A stretch of DNA of 64,000 nt, taken from the NCBI GenBank assembly GCA_041651195.1, contig JBAZJR010000002.1:117857-181856 (forward strand), given 5' to 3'. The notes beneath the pieces are model-generated. The model ran no database searches. It was not told the origin of the DNA and saw only the letters and a list, made by a program, of their open reading frames with translations. Position 1 is the first letter of the stretch; every line of letters begins with the position of its first letter. The translations under genes were made by a program, and so were the position numbers. The DNA comes from Patescibacteria group bacterium (GTDB lineage Bacteria > Patescibacteriota > Patescibacteriia > Patescibacteriales > UBA12465). Below are positions 1-9,000 of this stretch, piece after piece.

Positions 1-54
1 CGCTTTCAGCGTCGTCACGGTGCTAAGGTCGTTGTCGACGATTAAAATTTTCAT
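1..54 (-). CDS. response-regulator receiver domain, N-terminal fragment (gene runs off the window start)
   Basis: Reverse complement of 1..54 reads ATG AAA ATT TTA ATC GTC GAC AAC GAC ... = MKILIVDNDLSTVTTLKA. This closely matches the N-terminus of the receiver at 3160..3546. It starts 19 nt after the kinase stop codon on the same strand. Confidence 0.5.
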   Translation of the reverse strand, partial: MKILIVDNDLSTVTTLKA

Positions 55-73
55 ATTTTTATCATTAAATATC

Positions 74-2050
74 TCATTTGGCGGCAGCGATTTTCCCGGG
101 CTTGCCTTTAGCGCCCGCAGTCTTATCTTTAGCCGGCGCGCCTAAGAGCGGCAAAGTAAAATAGAAAGTCGCGCCCTGATTAGGCTGGCTAAAAACGCCG
201 ATCTGTCCGTTTAGATGTTCAATATTCTGCTTACAGATAAAAAGTCCTAGGCCCATGCCATCTTGGGAACGGGAAAGCGAAGGCTCTAACTGAGAAAACT
301 TCATGAATAATTTCTTCTGGTCATCCTCGGAAATCCCCGCGCCGGCGCCGGTCACGGAAACTTTGACGGTATCGGGAGCAGATTGGGCCAGGGCGATAGA
401 GATAGTCTGCTGGCGCGGCCCATATTTGACGGCGTTATCCACGAAATTATAGATCACTTGGGAAATCTTAGCCTTATCGCTCTCCAGTATCGCCTCCTTG
501 ACCTGGATGTCGAAAGCGATCTTAGAGTCCGTCCGCTTCACTAAAACCTGCAAGGAAGTTTCCAGCGACAAGATCAATTCGGCTAGATTGAATTTTTCCT
601 TAACCAGGGCGATCCGACCGAGCTCATTGCGGCTGGCGGATAACATGGACTTGATCAGATTAGTCAGCTTAACCCCCTCTTGATGGATGATCGAAATATA
701 ATTGCGGTAATCCGACGATAGGCTCTCCGGCTTCTTTTCCATCACTTCCGATAAGCCGACGATGGAAATCAAGGGCGTTTTCAATTCATGCGTCGCGATG
801 TTCATCACTTCATTCTTCAAGCGGTCAACTTCCCGGAGTTGCTCGATCGTCACTTGGGCCATAGTCAGCTCAGTAACATCGACGCCGGTAGCGAGGATCG
901 CTTCCGGCACGCCGTTTTCATTCTTCAAAACGCTGAAATGCCAGACGATATTCTTCTCCTTATTATCTTTGGTCACTAGGACATTTTCCAAAGTATCATC
1001 GCGCGCTGGCGCGCCGGAAATAAGGAGGTTCAAGAAGCTCTTGGTCTTCAGCCGGCTATTCCGGGAGACAAAGAGGCTCACCCAGTCTTTACCCATGATT
1101 TCCTCCGGCTGGATCCCTAATATTTCTCGCCCCTTCTTATTGATCAAGAAGACATTATGGTTATGAGGAGAGAATATCAGCACGATGATGCCGGCGATAT
1201 CCAGGTACTGCTGCAACTTATTCTTTTCCGCCTTCAGCCGATTGCGGGAATCCTTGACTTCGATATTATATTCCTGCAGCTTCTTGATGCTTTGCCGCAA
1301 AGAAAATATCATCATATTGAAAGAATTGGCAAGGCTGGTCACTTCGTCGTCTCCCGTCAGGACTTCCTTCTCGACCATCGCTTTCAGGTCGCCGCCTTCG
1401 ATCGCTTTGGCCAGACGGGTCAGGCTGATCAAAGGTGTCACCAGCTTCTTGGAAAATAGAACGGCATACCAAATCGAACCGGCGGCCACGAATAGAAAAA
1501 TCAATAAAGCGATAATCTCGCTCCAGATCTGGATCTGCCCGATTTCCGTTTCCAAAGATTTAGCATAAGCTAATTGACGCAAGAGCAGGTTGGTCGTATT
1601 ATCTTGGACGAATTTATTCAGCCGATTGGCGTTATCATAATGGGTAGTCGTTTCCGAATAATCGCCCCTCAAGACTTCGTCCGCGCCGTCATCGATCTCA
1701 GCGATCACTTGATTGACGGTATTCCGCAAGCCGTTGAAAGCCACCCGGCTGTCCGAATCGACGATCGCCCCGTCGATCTTGATCAATAAAGCTCTCAGTC
1801 CGGCGCGCGTATCGAAAACTTTGGCCTTCTGCCAGCTATCATTAGGATACTTCACGAAATCTTTGAAAGATTCGATCAGGCTCGAAGTTTCGCCGATAAT
1901 GCGGTATTCAGACACCATCGTATCAGATAAATCTTTATAACGATTGATGATATTGAAATTAACCACGATAAAAAAACCTTCCGCGATCGTAAATACGGCG
2001 ATAATCGTCAAAAAAGCGGTCAATAATTTTACGCGGATGCTCTTATGCAT
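74..2050 (-). CDS. membrane sensor histidine kinase (HAMP/PAS-like, HisKA, HATPase_c)
   Basis: 658-aa ORF with two hydrophobic helices flanking a ~150-aa extracytoplasmic segment. H-box 'ATHELKTPL'; ATPase G-boxes 'DGMGLGLFICK' and 'GATFYFTLP'. Confidence 0.9.
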   Translation of the reverse strand: MHKSIRVKLLTAFLTIIAVFTIAEGFFIVVNFNIINRYKDLSDTMVSEYRIIGETSSLIESFKDFVKYPNDSWQKAKVFDTRAGLRALLIKIDGAIVDSDSRVAFNGLRNTVNQVIAEIDDGADEVLRGDYSETTTHYDNANRLNKFVQDNTTNLLLRQLAYAKSLETEIGQIQIWSEIIALLIFLFVAAGSIWYAVLFSKKLVTPLISLTRLAKAIEGGDLKAMVEKEVLTGDDEVTSLANSFNMMIFSLRQSIKKLQEYNIEVKDSRNRLKAEKNKLQQYLDIAGIIVLIFSPHNHNVFLINKKGREILGIQPEEIMGKDWVSLFVSRNSRLKTKSFLNLLISGAPARDDTLENVLVTKDNKEKNIVWHFSVLKNENGVPEAILATGVDVTELTMAQVTIEQLREVDRLKNEVMNIATHELKTPLISIVGLSEVMEKKPESLSSDYRNYISIIHQEGVKLTNLIKSMLSASRNELGRIALVKEKFNLAELILSLETSLQVLVKRTDSKIAFDIQVKEAILESDKAKISQVIYNFVDNAVKYGPRQQTISIALAQSAPDTVKVSVTGAGAGISEDDQKKLFMKFSQLEPSLSRSQDGMGLGLFICKQNIEHLNGQIGVFSQPNQGATFYFTLPLLGAPAKDKTAGAKGKPGKIAAAK

Positions 2051-2059
2051 AAATCCGGC

Positions 2060-3118
2060 CTATTCAGCGTATTCGATAGGAGGCTGGCTCCGATAAACTT
2101 CTTCGTAAGTATGGAAACCGTCCTTGATGATCGTGCTCAGCATATTTTCTTTTGTCACTAAAATCGGTTCCAAAAAGTAAGATAAAACCTGGACCTTGCC
2201 GTTATCGATCGTGCTATTAACTTCCGGCTCTTGGCCACTTGCCATCGCCACCGCGATTTCAGCGGCGCGATAGGCCAGGAGCTTGATCGGCTTATAAACT
2301 GTAGAGGCCTGCGTCCCGTCGACGATCCGCTGGCAGGCGGACAGCTCCGCGTCCTGGCCGGAAACCGGAACGATGCCGGCCAGCCCCTTCTCTTTCAATG
2401 CCTGGATAGCGCCGAAAGCTGTGCCGTCGTTAGCGGCGATAACCGCGTCCAAGGTCTGCCCGGTCGCCAGATAATTCTTGATCGTCTTATAAGCTTCATC
2501 CGGCTTCCAGCCCTCCATCAATTGGTTGACTACGAGATTTATCTCGCCGCTCCTGATCTTCGGGTCTAGAACCGACATCGAGCCGGTCCGTAACAAAAAA
2601 GCATTATTGTCAGTCGGCGCGCCGCCGATATAGGCGAAGTCTCCTTCGCTCTTAAGATCCAGGATGCTCTGGGCTTCGAGCTGGCCGACCTTGACGTTAT
2701 CGAAAGACAGATAAAGATCGACGTTAGCGTCTTTTATCAGGCGGTCATAGGCGATAATCCGGACGCCGGCCTGATGCGCTTCTTCGATGATCGGTGCGAT
2801 CTTTTCCGAGTCCGAAGGGATGACGACGATTACTTTGACTCCCTGGCTGATCAGATTTTGGATCTGGGAAATCTGCAATGGCACATTATAATCGGATAAA
2901 GCAACGCTCACCGCCGCGCCTAATTCTTCAGCTCTCTTAATGAAGAGATCACGATCAGAGAACCAACGCTCTTCTCGGGTCGTGCCTAAGGAAAAGCCGA
3001 TTACCAAAGGCTCTTTTTCCATGATTTCTGGCGCTTTCGGCGCCAACATGGCATTCAGCCACCAGGCTAGGACGATAACCGCGACCAGGAGGGCGAAAAC
3101 AATGATAATCTTTTTCAT
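2060..3118 (-). CDS. periplasmic sugar-binding protein, type I PBP fold (XylF/RbsB-like)
   Basis: 352-aa ORF with an N-terminal signal/anchor helix. Pattern typical of sugar-binding PBPs ('VIVVIPSDSEK', 'IIAYDRLI', 'VIAANDGTAFGAIQAL'). 9-nt gap to the kinase gene. Confidence 0.75.
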   Translation of the reverse strand: MKKIIIVFALLVAVIVLAWWLNAMLAPKAPEIMEKEPLVIGFSLGTTREERWFSDRDLFIKRAEELGAAVSVALSDYNVPLQISQIQNLISQGVKVIVVIPSDSEKIAPIIEEAHQAGVRIIAYDRLIKDANVDLYLSFDNVKVGQLEAQSILDLKSEGDFAYIGGAPTDNNAFLLRTGSMSVLDPKIRSGEINLVVNQLMEGWKPDEAYKTIKNYLATGQTLDAVIAANDGTAFGAIQALKEKGLAGIVPVSGQDAELSACQRIVDGTQASTVYKPIKLLAYRAAEIAVAMASGQEPEVNSTIDNGKVQVLSYFLEPILVTKENMLSTIIKDGFHTYEEVYRSQPPIEYAE

Positions 3119-3159
3119 ATGATAATTATAATGGATAAGACGTCTTAACCGGACGGCCG

Positions 3160-3546
3160 CTAAGCGACCGCTTCCTTGATCGCCGCCAAGAGATCTTCCA
3201 AAACGAAAGGTTTTTCCAGAACCCCCTTGATCGGATTAAGCGCCTGGAATTCGCTGAGCAAGCCCTGTAGTTCCTTCGAGTTGATCGGCAAAGCGGAATT
3301 CAGGATGATCGGGATACCCTTCAGCTTCTCGTCAGCATGCATCGCCTTGCAGACATCCAAGCCGCTGAAATCCGGCATCATCACGTCCAAAATCAAGACA
3401 TCATAGGGCGGATTGGCGGCCGACATCTTAGCCAGCCCTTCTTTGCCATTATAGGCGATATCGATCTCCAGCTGATCCTGGCTCATCAGGAGCGCCTTGA
3501 GCGTAGTGGCCGCGCTGATTTCATCATCGATGATTAATATTTTCAT
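3160..3546 (-). CDS. single-domain response regulator (CheY-like receiver)
   Basis: The track ORF is 3160..3600. I prefer the internal ATG at 3546 (MKILIIDDE...), the canonical receiver N-terminus. Phospho-acceptor context 'VLILDVMMPD' and conserved 'LEKPF'. No output domain. Confidence 0.85.
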   Translation of the reverse strand: MKILIIDDEISAATTLKALLMSQDQLEIDIAYNGKEGLAKMSAANPPYDVLILDVMMPDFSGLDVCKAMHADEKLKGIPIILNSALPINSKELQGLLSEFQALNPIKGVLEKPFVLEDLLAAIKEAVA

Positions 3547-3806
3547 AATTTTTTTGATCCGCCGGCCGCGAAGGACCGAGGGGCCTTTATTTATAGACAA
3601 AAATTGATTGGATGGAGCGAGAAGGCTAAAGCGCCGAATAACGATTTTAATATTTTAATTATAGCACATAAGTTAGACAAAAATGAAGCAAACCAGCGGA
3701 TTAACGGCTGATAACTTGTATTTTCCTCTATTTATGCTAAAGTCATTGGGAAATAATCGAACACTGCCGTTCATTCACAAACAATCCCAAAATCGGAGGA
3801 CTAACT

Positions 3807-4802
3807 ATGAACCAAGAACCTCTTAATTTCTCTTACACGGACGCCCTGCAACTACACCACATTATCCAGACCCAGCAATTCGATCTGGATACGATCTTCC
3901 ATTACATATTCCCCCTCGCTGACCATATGAAAATGATAGTAGAGACCGGCGGCGCCAACTATCTAGCCGGCAAGAACGCAATCGTTTGGTTCGAACAGCC
4001 GAGCACTCGGACCCATGTCTCTTTCATCGCCGCCTTTAAATTCATGGGCGGGAAAATCATGTTCTCTACGGAAAATGCCGCGCAATTTTCATCAAAATTC
4101 AAAGGTGAATCAACGGCTGACACCTTTAAGATCCTCAGCGGCTACAATCCGGATATAATCATCAGCCGCTTCATCAAAGCTGGCGACGCTCTGACGGTCG
4201 CCCTGTCATCCGCGGTACCGATCATCAATGCCGGCGATGGCGATAACCAGCATCCCACCCAGGCGCTCTTAGACCTCTACACCATCTATAAAAAATTCGG
4301 ACGGGTCAACCATACTAATATCGCCCTGGTCGGCGACTTGCTGCATGGCCGGACGATCCGTTCGCTGGCTTATCTGTTCGGCAAATTCAGCGACATCAGG
4401 CTATCCTTAGTATCGACTCCGGCTCTCAGGATAAACAAGGATATCAAGGATTACCTGACCAAGCATAGCATTGACTGGTCCGAACATACCGATCTGCTGA
4501 GAATCGCCAGCCAAATGGATGTGCTCTACATGACGCGCATCCAGGCGGAACAAGGCAGCTCGATTGAAGAGAAAGACAAGGAACCAGGCCGTTTCAGCAT
4601 CGATGCCGAAGTTCTCAGGCTATTGCCTCAACAATCGATCATCATGCACCCCCTGCCCCGCCTTTGGGAAATCCCGGAATATGTTGATAACGACCCGCGC
4701 GCCCATTACTTTATCCAGGCGCAGAACGGCTTGTATATCCGGATGGCGCTCCTGCTGATGGTCTTAAGGCCAGATCTAGTGCCTCAGATCATCAAGAATT
4801 AA
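3807..4802 (+). CDS. pyrB: aspartate carbamoyltransferase catalytic chain-like
   Basis: 331 aa. Carbamoyltransferase motifs 'STRTH' (STRTR-like), 'HPTQALLD' and the ATCase-type 'HPLPR'. GGAGG Shine-Dalgarno 8 nt upstream. Confidence 0.75.
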   Translation: MNQEPLNFSYTDALQLHHIIQTQQFDLDTIFHYIFPLADHMKMIVETGGANYLAGKNAIVWFEQPSTRTHVSFIAAFKFMGGKIMFSTENAAQFSSKFKGESTADTFKILSGYNPDIIISRFIKAGDALTVALSSAVPIINAGDGDNQHPTQALLDLYTIYKKFGRVNHTNIALVGDLLHGRTIRSLAYLFGKFSDIRLSLVSTPALRINKDIKDYLTKHSIDWSEHTDLLRIASQMDVLYMTRIQAEQGSSIEEKDKEPGRFSIDAEVLRLLPQQSIIMHPLPRLWEIPEYVDNDPRAHYFIQAQNGLYIRMALLLMVLRPDLVPQIIKN

Positions 4803-4945
4803 CCAATCCAAAAACGATTACGCTACCCTATTTCTCGGGTAGCTTTTTATTTAAAAAAACGGCCTTAAAAAGACCGCTTTTTTATAAAATAAATCTAGCG
4901 CAGATCATCCTGACGCCGACTGACGCCGACTGTCAGCGCCCAAAA

Positions 4946-5152
4946 CTATTTCCGAGCTAAGCGACCAGAAACGCCGATCAAATATAGCGCGGCCAAGCCG
5001 ACCAGGGTATAAACGATACGCGCCAGGACGGACATAGCGCCGAAAAGAGCCGCCACCAAATCCCAACTAAAAAGGCCCACTAAGGCCCAGTTCAAACCGC
5101 CGACGACGACCAAGATGATGGCAATCCAATCCAGCGTAGTTAAGTTTTTCAT
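4946..5152 (-). CDS. DUF378-family small membrane protein
   Basis: 68 aa with two TM helices. 'LDWIAIILVVVGGLNWALVGLF' matches my recollection of the DUF378 signature. Confidence 0.7.
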   Translation of the reverse strand: MKNLTTLDWIAIILVVVGGLNWALVGLFSWDLVAALFGAMSVLARIVYTLVGLAALYLIGVSGRLARK

Positions 5153-5334
5153 ATTAGCAAGAAGAGAAATTTTAAATATTCTATAAACAAACTCGACCTT
5201 TAGCGTTTGTTTAAATTAAATTCCCAGGCTGTCCAAGCTAAATTATCTAAATTACGGGGGCGAGATGGTAGGCCCCTCTGAATCAATTATACCTTATTAT
5301 GAGAAATAAATAAAGCCGCACAAGACCGCTGCCT

Positions 5335-6003
5335 CTAATTAGAGAAAGGATTAAAATCTGTCTGCTCGTCGTAAAAATCTTCCCGCTCCCGCTGCTTCAA
5401 GAAAGCAATGGCTCGATAAGTGAGCGGAGTGAACAAGATCTCTACGAGCGTCTTAAAGACATAGTTAGAAATTATCAAAGTGACCAATAAAGAGGGCGGC
5501 AAGATCCCGACAAAGGCGATCAATACGAATAATAGACTGTCGACCAGTTCGCCGCCGACCGTAGAGCCGATCGTCCTGAGCCAGAGATAGCGGCCGCGCG
5601 TCCAGACCTTGAGTTTCGCCAAGACAAAAGAATTCAAGAAGGCGCCGCAAAAATAAGCCACTAGGCTAGCCGCGACGATCCGCGGGGTCAAGCCGAGAAT
5701 CGCTTCATAAGCTGCCTGATTGGGCCAATCCGCGGCGGGCGGCAATTTCCCGACGATGATGAAAGCTAAAGACATTAGTAAGGCCGAGAAAAAACCGAGC
5801 CAGATGACCTGGCGCGAGCGATGGTAGCCGTAGACCTCGGTCAAGATGTCGCCGAAGATATAGCTGAGCGGGAAAAGCAAAGTGCCGGCGTCAAAGACGA
5901 AATAGCGCAAATCAACGATCTTGGCGGACACGATATTGGAAATCAGGAAAATAACCACGAAAAAAATGCTGATGATACTCAAATAACGATAAGATTTTTC
6001 CAT
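5335..6003 (-). CDS. yhhQ: queuosine-precursor transporter, YhhQ/VUT (DUF165) family
   Basis: 222-aa polytopic membrane ORF. Family-typical 'LLFPLSYIFGDILTEVYGY'. Confidence 0.8.
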   Translation of the reverse strand: MEKSYRYLSIISIFFVVIFLISNIVSAKIVDLRYFVFDAGTLLFPLSYIFGDILTEVYGYHRSRQVIWLGFFSALLMSLAFIIVGKLPPAADWPNQAAYEAILGLTPRIVAASLVAYFCGAFLNSFVLAKLKVWTRGRYLWLRTIGSTVGGELVDSLLFVLIAFVGILPPSLLVTLIISNYVFKTLVEILFTPLTYRAIAFLKQREREDFYDEQTDFNPFSN

Positions 6004-6031
6004 AATATTTTGGCGGCTGGCTATTTACTAT

Positions 6032-6056
6032 AAAACCAGACAGGCCGTCTGGTTTT
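6032..6056 (-). terminator. intrinsic-terminator-like hairpin downstream of tRNA-Trp
   Basis: 10-bp perfect stem aaaaccagac / gtctggtttt with a 5-nt loop. The A/T runs are built into the stem, so it could act in both directions. Confidence 0.6.
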
Positions 6057-6063
6057 ATCATCT

Positions 6064-6137
6064 TGGCACGGGATGTAGGTGCTGCCCCTACGCTACTGGT
6101 TTTGGAGACCAGTGTACTACTGTTATACTAATCCCGC
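6064..6137 (-). tRNA. tRNA-Trp(CCA) with non-canonical D- and T-loops and an encoded CCA
   Basis: Minus strand reads GCGGGAT TA GTAT AACAGTA GTAC A CTGGT CTCCAAA ACCAG TAGC GTAGG GGCAGCA CCTAC ATCCCGT G CCA. 7-bp acceptor stem (G1-U72 wobble), 5-bp anticodon stem, U33, anticodon CCA, A37, 5-bp T-stem with G53-C61, discriminator G73. Confidence 0.75.
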
Positions 6138-6165
6138 GGAAGCCCCTTGCGGAGCAAAATATTTT

Positions 6166-6696
6166 TTAATACGCTTCCACCCAGATTTCGAAATAGCCTT
6201 GCGGGTGCGAGCAGGACGGACAGACTTTAGGCGGCTCTGTGCCTTCATAGATATAGCCGCAATTCAAACATTTCCATTTCTTGACTTCCGGGCGCTTGAA
6301 GACTTCGCCTTTCTCCAGATTAGCTAATAATTTCTGATACCGCTCTTCATGCGCTTTCTCTACTTCCCCGACTTCTTTAAATAACCGAGCGATATCCGGA
6401 TGCCCTTCCTCTAAAGCGTCTTTCTCCATATCTGGATACATCTGTGTCGTCTCATAATGTTCGCCCTCGATGGCTGCCTTCAGATTCGTGGCGAGATCGG
6501 GGCTGATTAAGCCTAATTGCTTAGCCCAGATCTTAGCATGCTCCTTCTCATTCAAGGCTGTTTCCGTAAATAGGTTCGCGATCTGTTCATAGCCGGCTTT
6601 GCGGAAAACAGAAGCGAAATAGTCATACCGATTGCGCGCCAAAGATTCTCCGGCCAGAGCATTCTCCAAGTTTTTTTTAGTTTTTGGTCCTAACAT
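6166..6696 (-). CDS. rbr: rubrerythrin
   Basis: 176 aa. Ferritin-like diiron helices ('NEKEHAKIW', 'EGEHYE', 'EKAHEERY') plus a C-terminal rubredoxin-like 'CLNCG...CPSCSHP'. Confidence 0.9.
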   Translation of the reverse strand: MLGPKTKKNLENALAGESLARNRYDYFASVFRKAGYEQIANLFTETALNEKEHAKIWAKQLGLISPDLATNLKAAIEGEHYETTQMYPDMEKDALEEGHPDIARLFKEVGEVEKAHEERYQKLLANLEKGEVFKRPEVKKWKCLNCGYIYEGTEPPKVCPSCSHPQGYFEIWVEAY

Positions 6697-6746
6697 ATTT
6701 TAATGCTTGCCGCGCGCTCCTAGGCGCGCGGGATTTAATCTAAAGC

Positions 6747-7817
6747 TTATTCCTGTTTCTGCTCCCCTTCTTCCGCGCAGAACTCGAGCTCATAGATATG
6801 GAAGATCGTAACGGCCAGAGCGATGATGAGCGGGCCCAAGACCACGCCCCAGAAACCAAAGAGGAGGACGCCGCCCAAGATCGAGAACAAAACGAAGATC
6901 GGGTTGATTTCCGCATCGCCCTTGACCATATAGGTCCTGATGACATTATCGATCGTCCCAGTCACGAAAGCCCCCCAGAGAAGGATGAATACCCCTTGCC
7001 AGACATCACCGGCTAAAAGATAGTAGAGGCCGGCCGGCACGAAAAAGATGGCTGAACCGATATAAGGCAGGAGTGAAAGAAGCGCGGTCAGGACGCCGGC
7101 TAAGAAAGCCGGAAAGCCGATGATGGCGAAACCGATGGCGCCGACCACGCCCTGGGCGATGGCGACGACAAAAGTAGAGATAAAAGTCGTGTAACTGACG
7201 CGCTGGAATTTCCGGAAAAGGACCAGGTCATACTTATCCGGCAGCGGCGACAGGCGCATCAAGGTTTCTAGCATCTTCTTGCCGTCGATGAAGAAAAAGA
7301 ACATCGTGACGATGATCAGGATCAGGGAGATGACAAAATTAGTGGTCTCCCGCAAAGCCAAAGTCGCGCCGGACAGCAGCCAATTGCTGGACTGTTTTAA
7401 GATTTCCAACAGGGTATTCTGGAAAGTCTCATTATAAAAATTATACTGGCCCAAATTCAGATAGCTCAAGGCGCCGCGCTGGAAGAAATCCGTCTTAAAG
7501 AGGTCGTTGACCGTATGATTGCTAAAGAAAGCGACCGTCGCGTCATAGGCGATAACGGATTTCTGGCCAGCGTAAGTTATCAGCTTGAAGGATGGCAGAA
7601 TGATGATGACGAGCAAGAGCAGGCACATCAATAAAGCCGCGGTTTTTTCCCGACCGCGCAAAAATTTAGCCAGATAAGCGAAAGGCTTATAGAAGACAGA
7701 AGCCAAGATCGCGGCGACTAAGATCTCCGTCAAGAAAGGCCGGAAAACTAAATAACAGGCTACCAGTACCAAAAATACCAGAATTAGTAAAAACGGCTTG
7801 GTTAATTTTTTAGGCAT
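6747..7817 (-). CDS. AI-2E family transporter (PerM/UPF0118)
   Basis: 356-aa polytopic membrane ORF with the family-typical layout and C-terminal region ('LLPYIGSAIFFVPAGLYYL', 'INPIFVLFSILGG'). Confidence 0.8.
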   Translation of the reverse strand: MPKKLTKPFLLILVFLVLVACYLVFRPFLTEILVAAILASVFYKPFAYLAKFLRGREKTAALLMCLLLLVIIILPSFKLITYAGQKSVIAYDATVAFFSNHTVNDLFKTDFFQRGALSYLNLGQYNFYNETFQNTLLEILKQSSNWLLSGATLALRETTNFVISLILIIVTMFFFFIDGKKMLETLMRLSPLPDKYDLVLFRKFQRVSYTTFISTFVVAIAQGVVGAIGFAIIGFPAFLAGVLTALLSLLPYIGSAIFFVPAGLYYLLAGDVWQGVFILLWGAFVTGTIDNVIRTYMVKGDAEINPIFVLFSILGGVLLFGFWGVVLGPLIIALAVTIFHIYELEFCAEEGEQKQE

Positions 7818-7860
7818 ATGGATAAGCCGGCGCGCCGGACTTAAACTTTATTAAAGTTGG

Positions 7861-8016
7861 CTATTTAGTTTCTTTGTGGAGGGTGTTTTTCTTGCAACGA
7901 TTGCAATATTTAGACAGCTCCAATCTCTCTTTCAGGGTCTTCTTGTTCTTGTGGGAATGATGGGTCGTCGTCTTGCAAACCGTGCATTCCAGCTTGATCA
8001 TGTTGTCTTGGGACAT
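7861..8016 (-). CDS. rpmG: 50S ribosomal protein L33
   Basis: Absent from the ORF track because it is under 60 aa. Minus strand encodes [51 protein letters not shown]. The two CxxC pairs and 'KNKK...LELKKYC' pattern are typical of L33. Confidence 0.9.
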   Translation of the reverse strand: MSQDNMIKLECTVCKTTTHHSHKNKKTLKERLELSKYCNRCKKNTLHKETK

Positions 8017-8108
8017 ATTTGTTTATATTTTTAATAAGGCTAATTAAACGATATAAAAAAACCGGATAAAAGTCAATTGCCGACCGGCTATTTCTGGCTA
8101 AATTTGGC

Positions 8109-8999
8109 TTATTTTTGACAATGGGGGCAATAATGCGTCCCGCGTCCGGCGAGCTTCATCCGGACAATCGGCTGTCCGCAAGCCAGGCAGGCTTCGCCCC
8201 GCCGGCCGTAAACCTTTAGCAGCCGGGAAAAATTACCCTGGCGGCCGCGCGCGTCCACATAATCGCTGAAGGTCGTGCCGCGATGCTTGATCGCTAACTT
8301 TATAATCTGATTAATAGACAGGTAAAGCCGTTCGACCTCCCTGGCCCGGAGCGAGCCTGCCGCGCGAGACGGCCGGATCCGCGCTGCCCAGAGAGCCTCA
8401 TCTACATAAATGTTGCCCAAGCCGGCGACCTTTTTCTGATCCAAAAGAAGCGCCTTGATCTTAGTCTGCCGGCCGCGCAGGAGACTTTCCAAAAAAGCGG
8501 CGGAGAAAGTCGCGGTCAAAGGTTCCGGACCATAATTGGCGGCTAAAATTTTTTCCAATTCTTCAGCTGTGGCTAATTTCCAATAACCAAATTTCCGCAA
8601 ATCATTAAAAAACAGACGGCCGCTGCCCGCAAATTCCAGGCTAGCTCGAGTATACTTATTAGGCAATTCCCCGCCGACCGCCGACGCGAAAGAACGGCCG
8701 CCCAGGCTATGCCCGCCGGCGACCCGGCTCTGTTTATCCTGATAGATGAGCTGGCCGGTCATCTTTAAATGGATCAATAGGTAGGCAATCCCTGTCCGGG
8801 CGGGAGACAGGCTCAAGATCAGCAATTTGCCGCGCCGCGCCAACCCGGTCAAGCGCCGGCCGACCAGAGATTTTTTAAAAAAAGCCGCGGGATGCGAGGC
8901 GATTTTTGGCGACAAAATATTGACCGCGCTGATCCGCCGGCCTAAAGCGCACGCGGCCAGATCGCGCCGGATAGTTTCTACTTCCGGTAACTCGGGCAT
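8109..8999 (-). CDS. mutM: formamidopyrimidine-DNA glycosylase
   Basis: The track ORF extends to 9074, but the catalytic N-terminus 'MPELPEVE' begins at the ATG at 8999. C-terminal zinc finger 'CLACGQPI...HYCPHCQ'. Confidence 0.9.
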   Translation of the reverse strand: MPELPEVETIRRDLAACALGRRISAVNILSPKIASHPAAFFKKSLVGRRLTGLARRGKLLILSLSPARTGIAYLLIHLKMTGQLIYQDKQSRVAGGHSLGGRSFASAVGGELPNKYTRASLEFAGSGRLFFNDLRKFGYWKLATAEELEKILAANYGPEPLTATFSAAFLESLLRGRQTKIKALLLDQKKVAGLGNIYVDEALWAARIRPSRAAGSLRAREVERLYLSINQIIKLAIKHRGTTFSDYVDARGRQGNFSRLLKVYGRRGEACLACGQPIVRMKLAGRGTHYCPHCQK

Positions 9000-9000
9000 A

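Noticed and set aside
4911-4933. Tandem ctgacgccga x2
   Set aside because: It has only two 10-nt units in a terminator-rich intergenic region, which is too short to call a repeat element or a CRISPR array.
5240-5290. GC-rich hairpin (ggggc...gcccc) that briefly resembled a fluoride/crcB-type riboswitch
   Set aside because: The conserved AACCGC and CUGAUGA elements are absent, and on the plus strand it precedes no gene.
6004-6063. Possible preQ1 riboswitch in the leader of the yhhQ queuosine-precursor transporter
   Set aside because: The only structure is a 10-bp perfect hairpin with a 5-nt loop (6032..6056). It lacks the loop sequence and the A-rich pseudoknot tail of preQ1-I/II motifs. It is better explained as the terminator of the upstream tRNA-Trp.
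6079-6327. 82-aa plus-strand ORF
   Set aside because: It overlaps the tRNA-Trp gene and runs antisense into the rubrerythrin gene.
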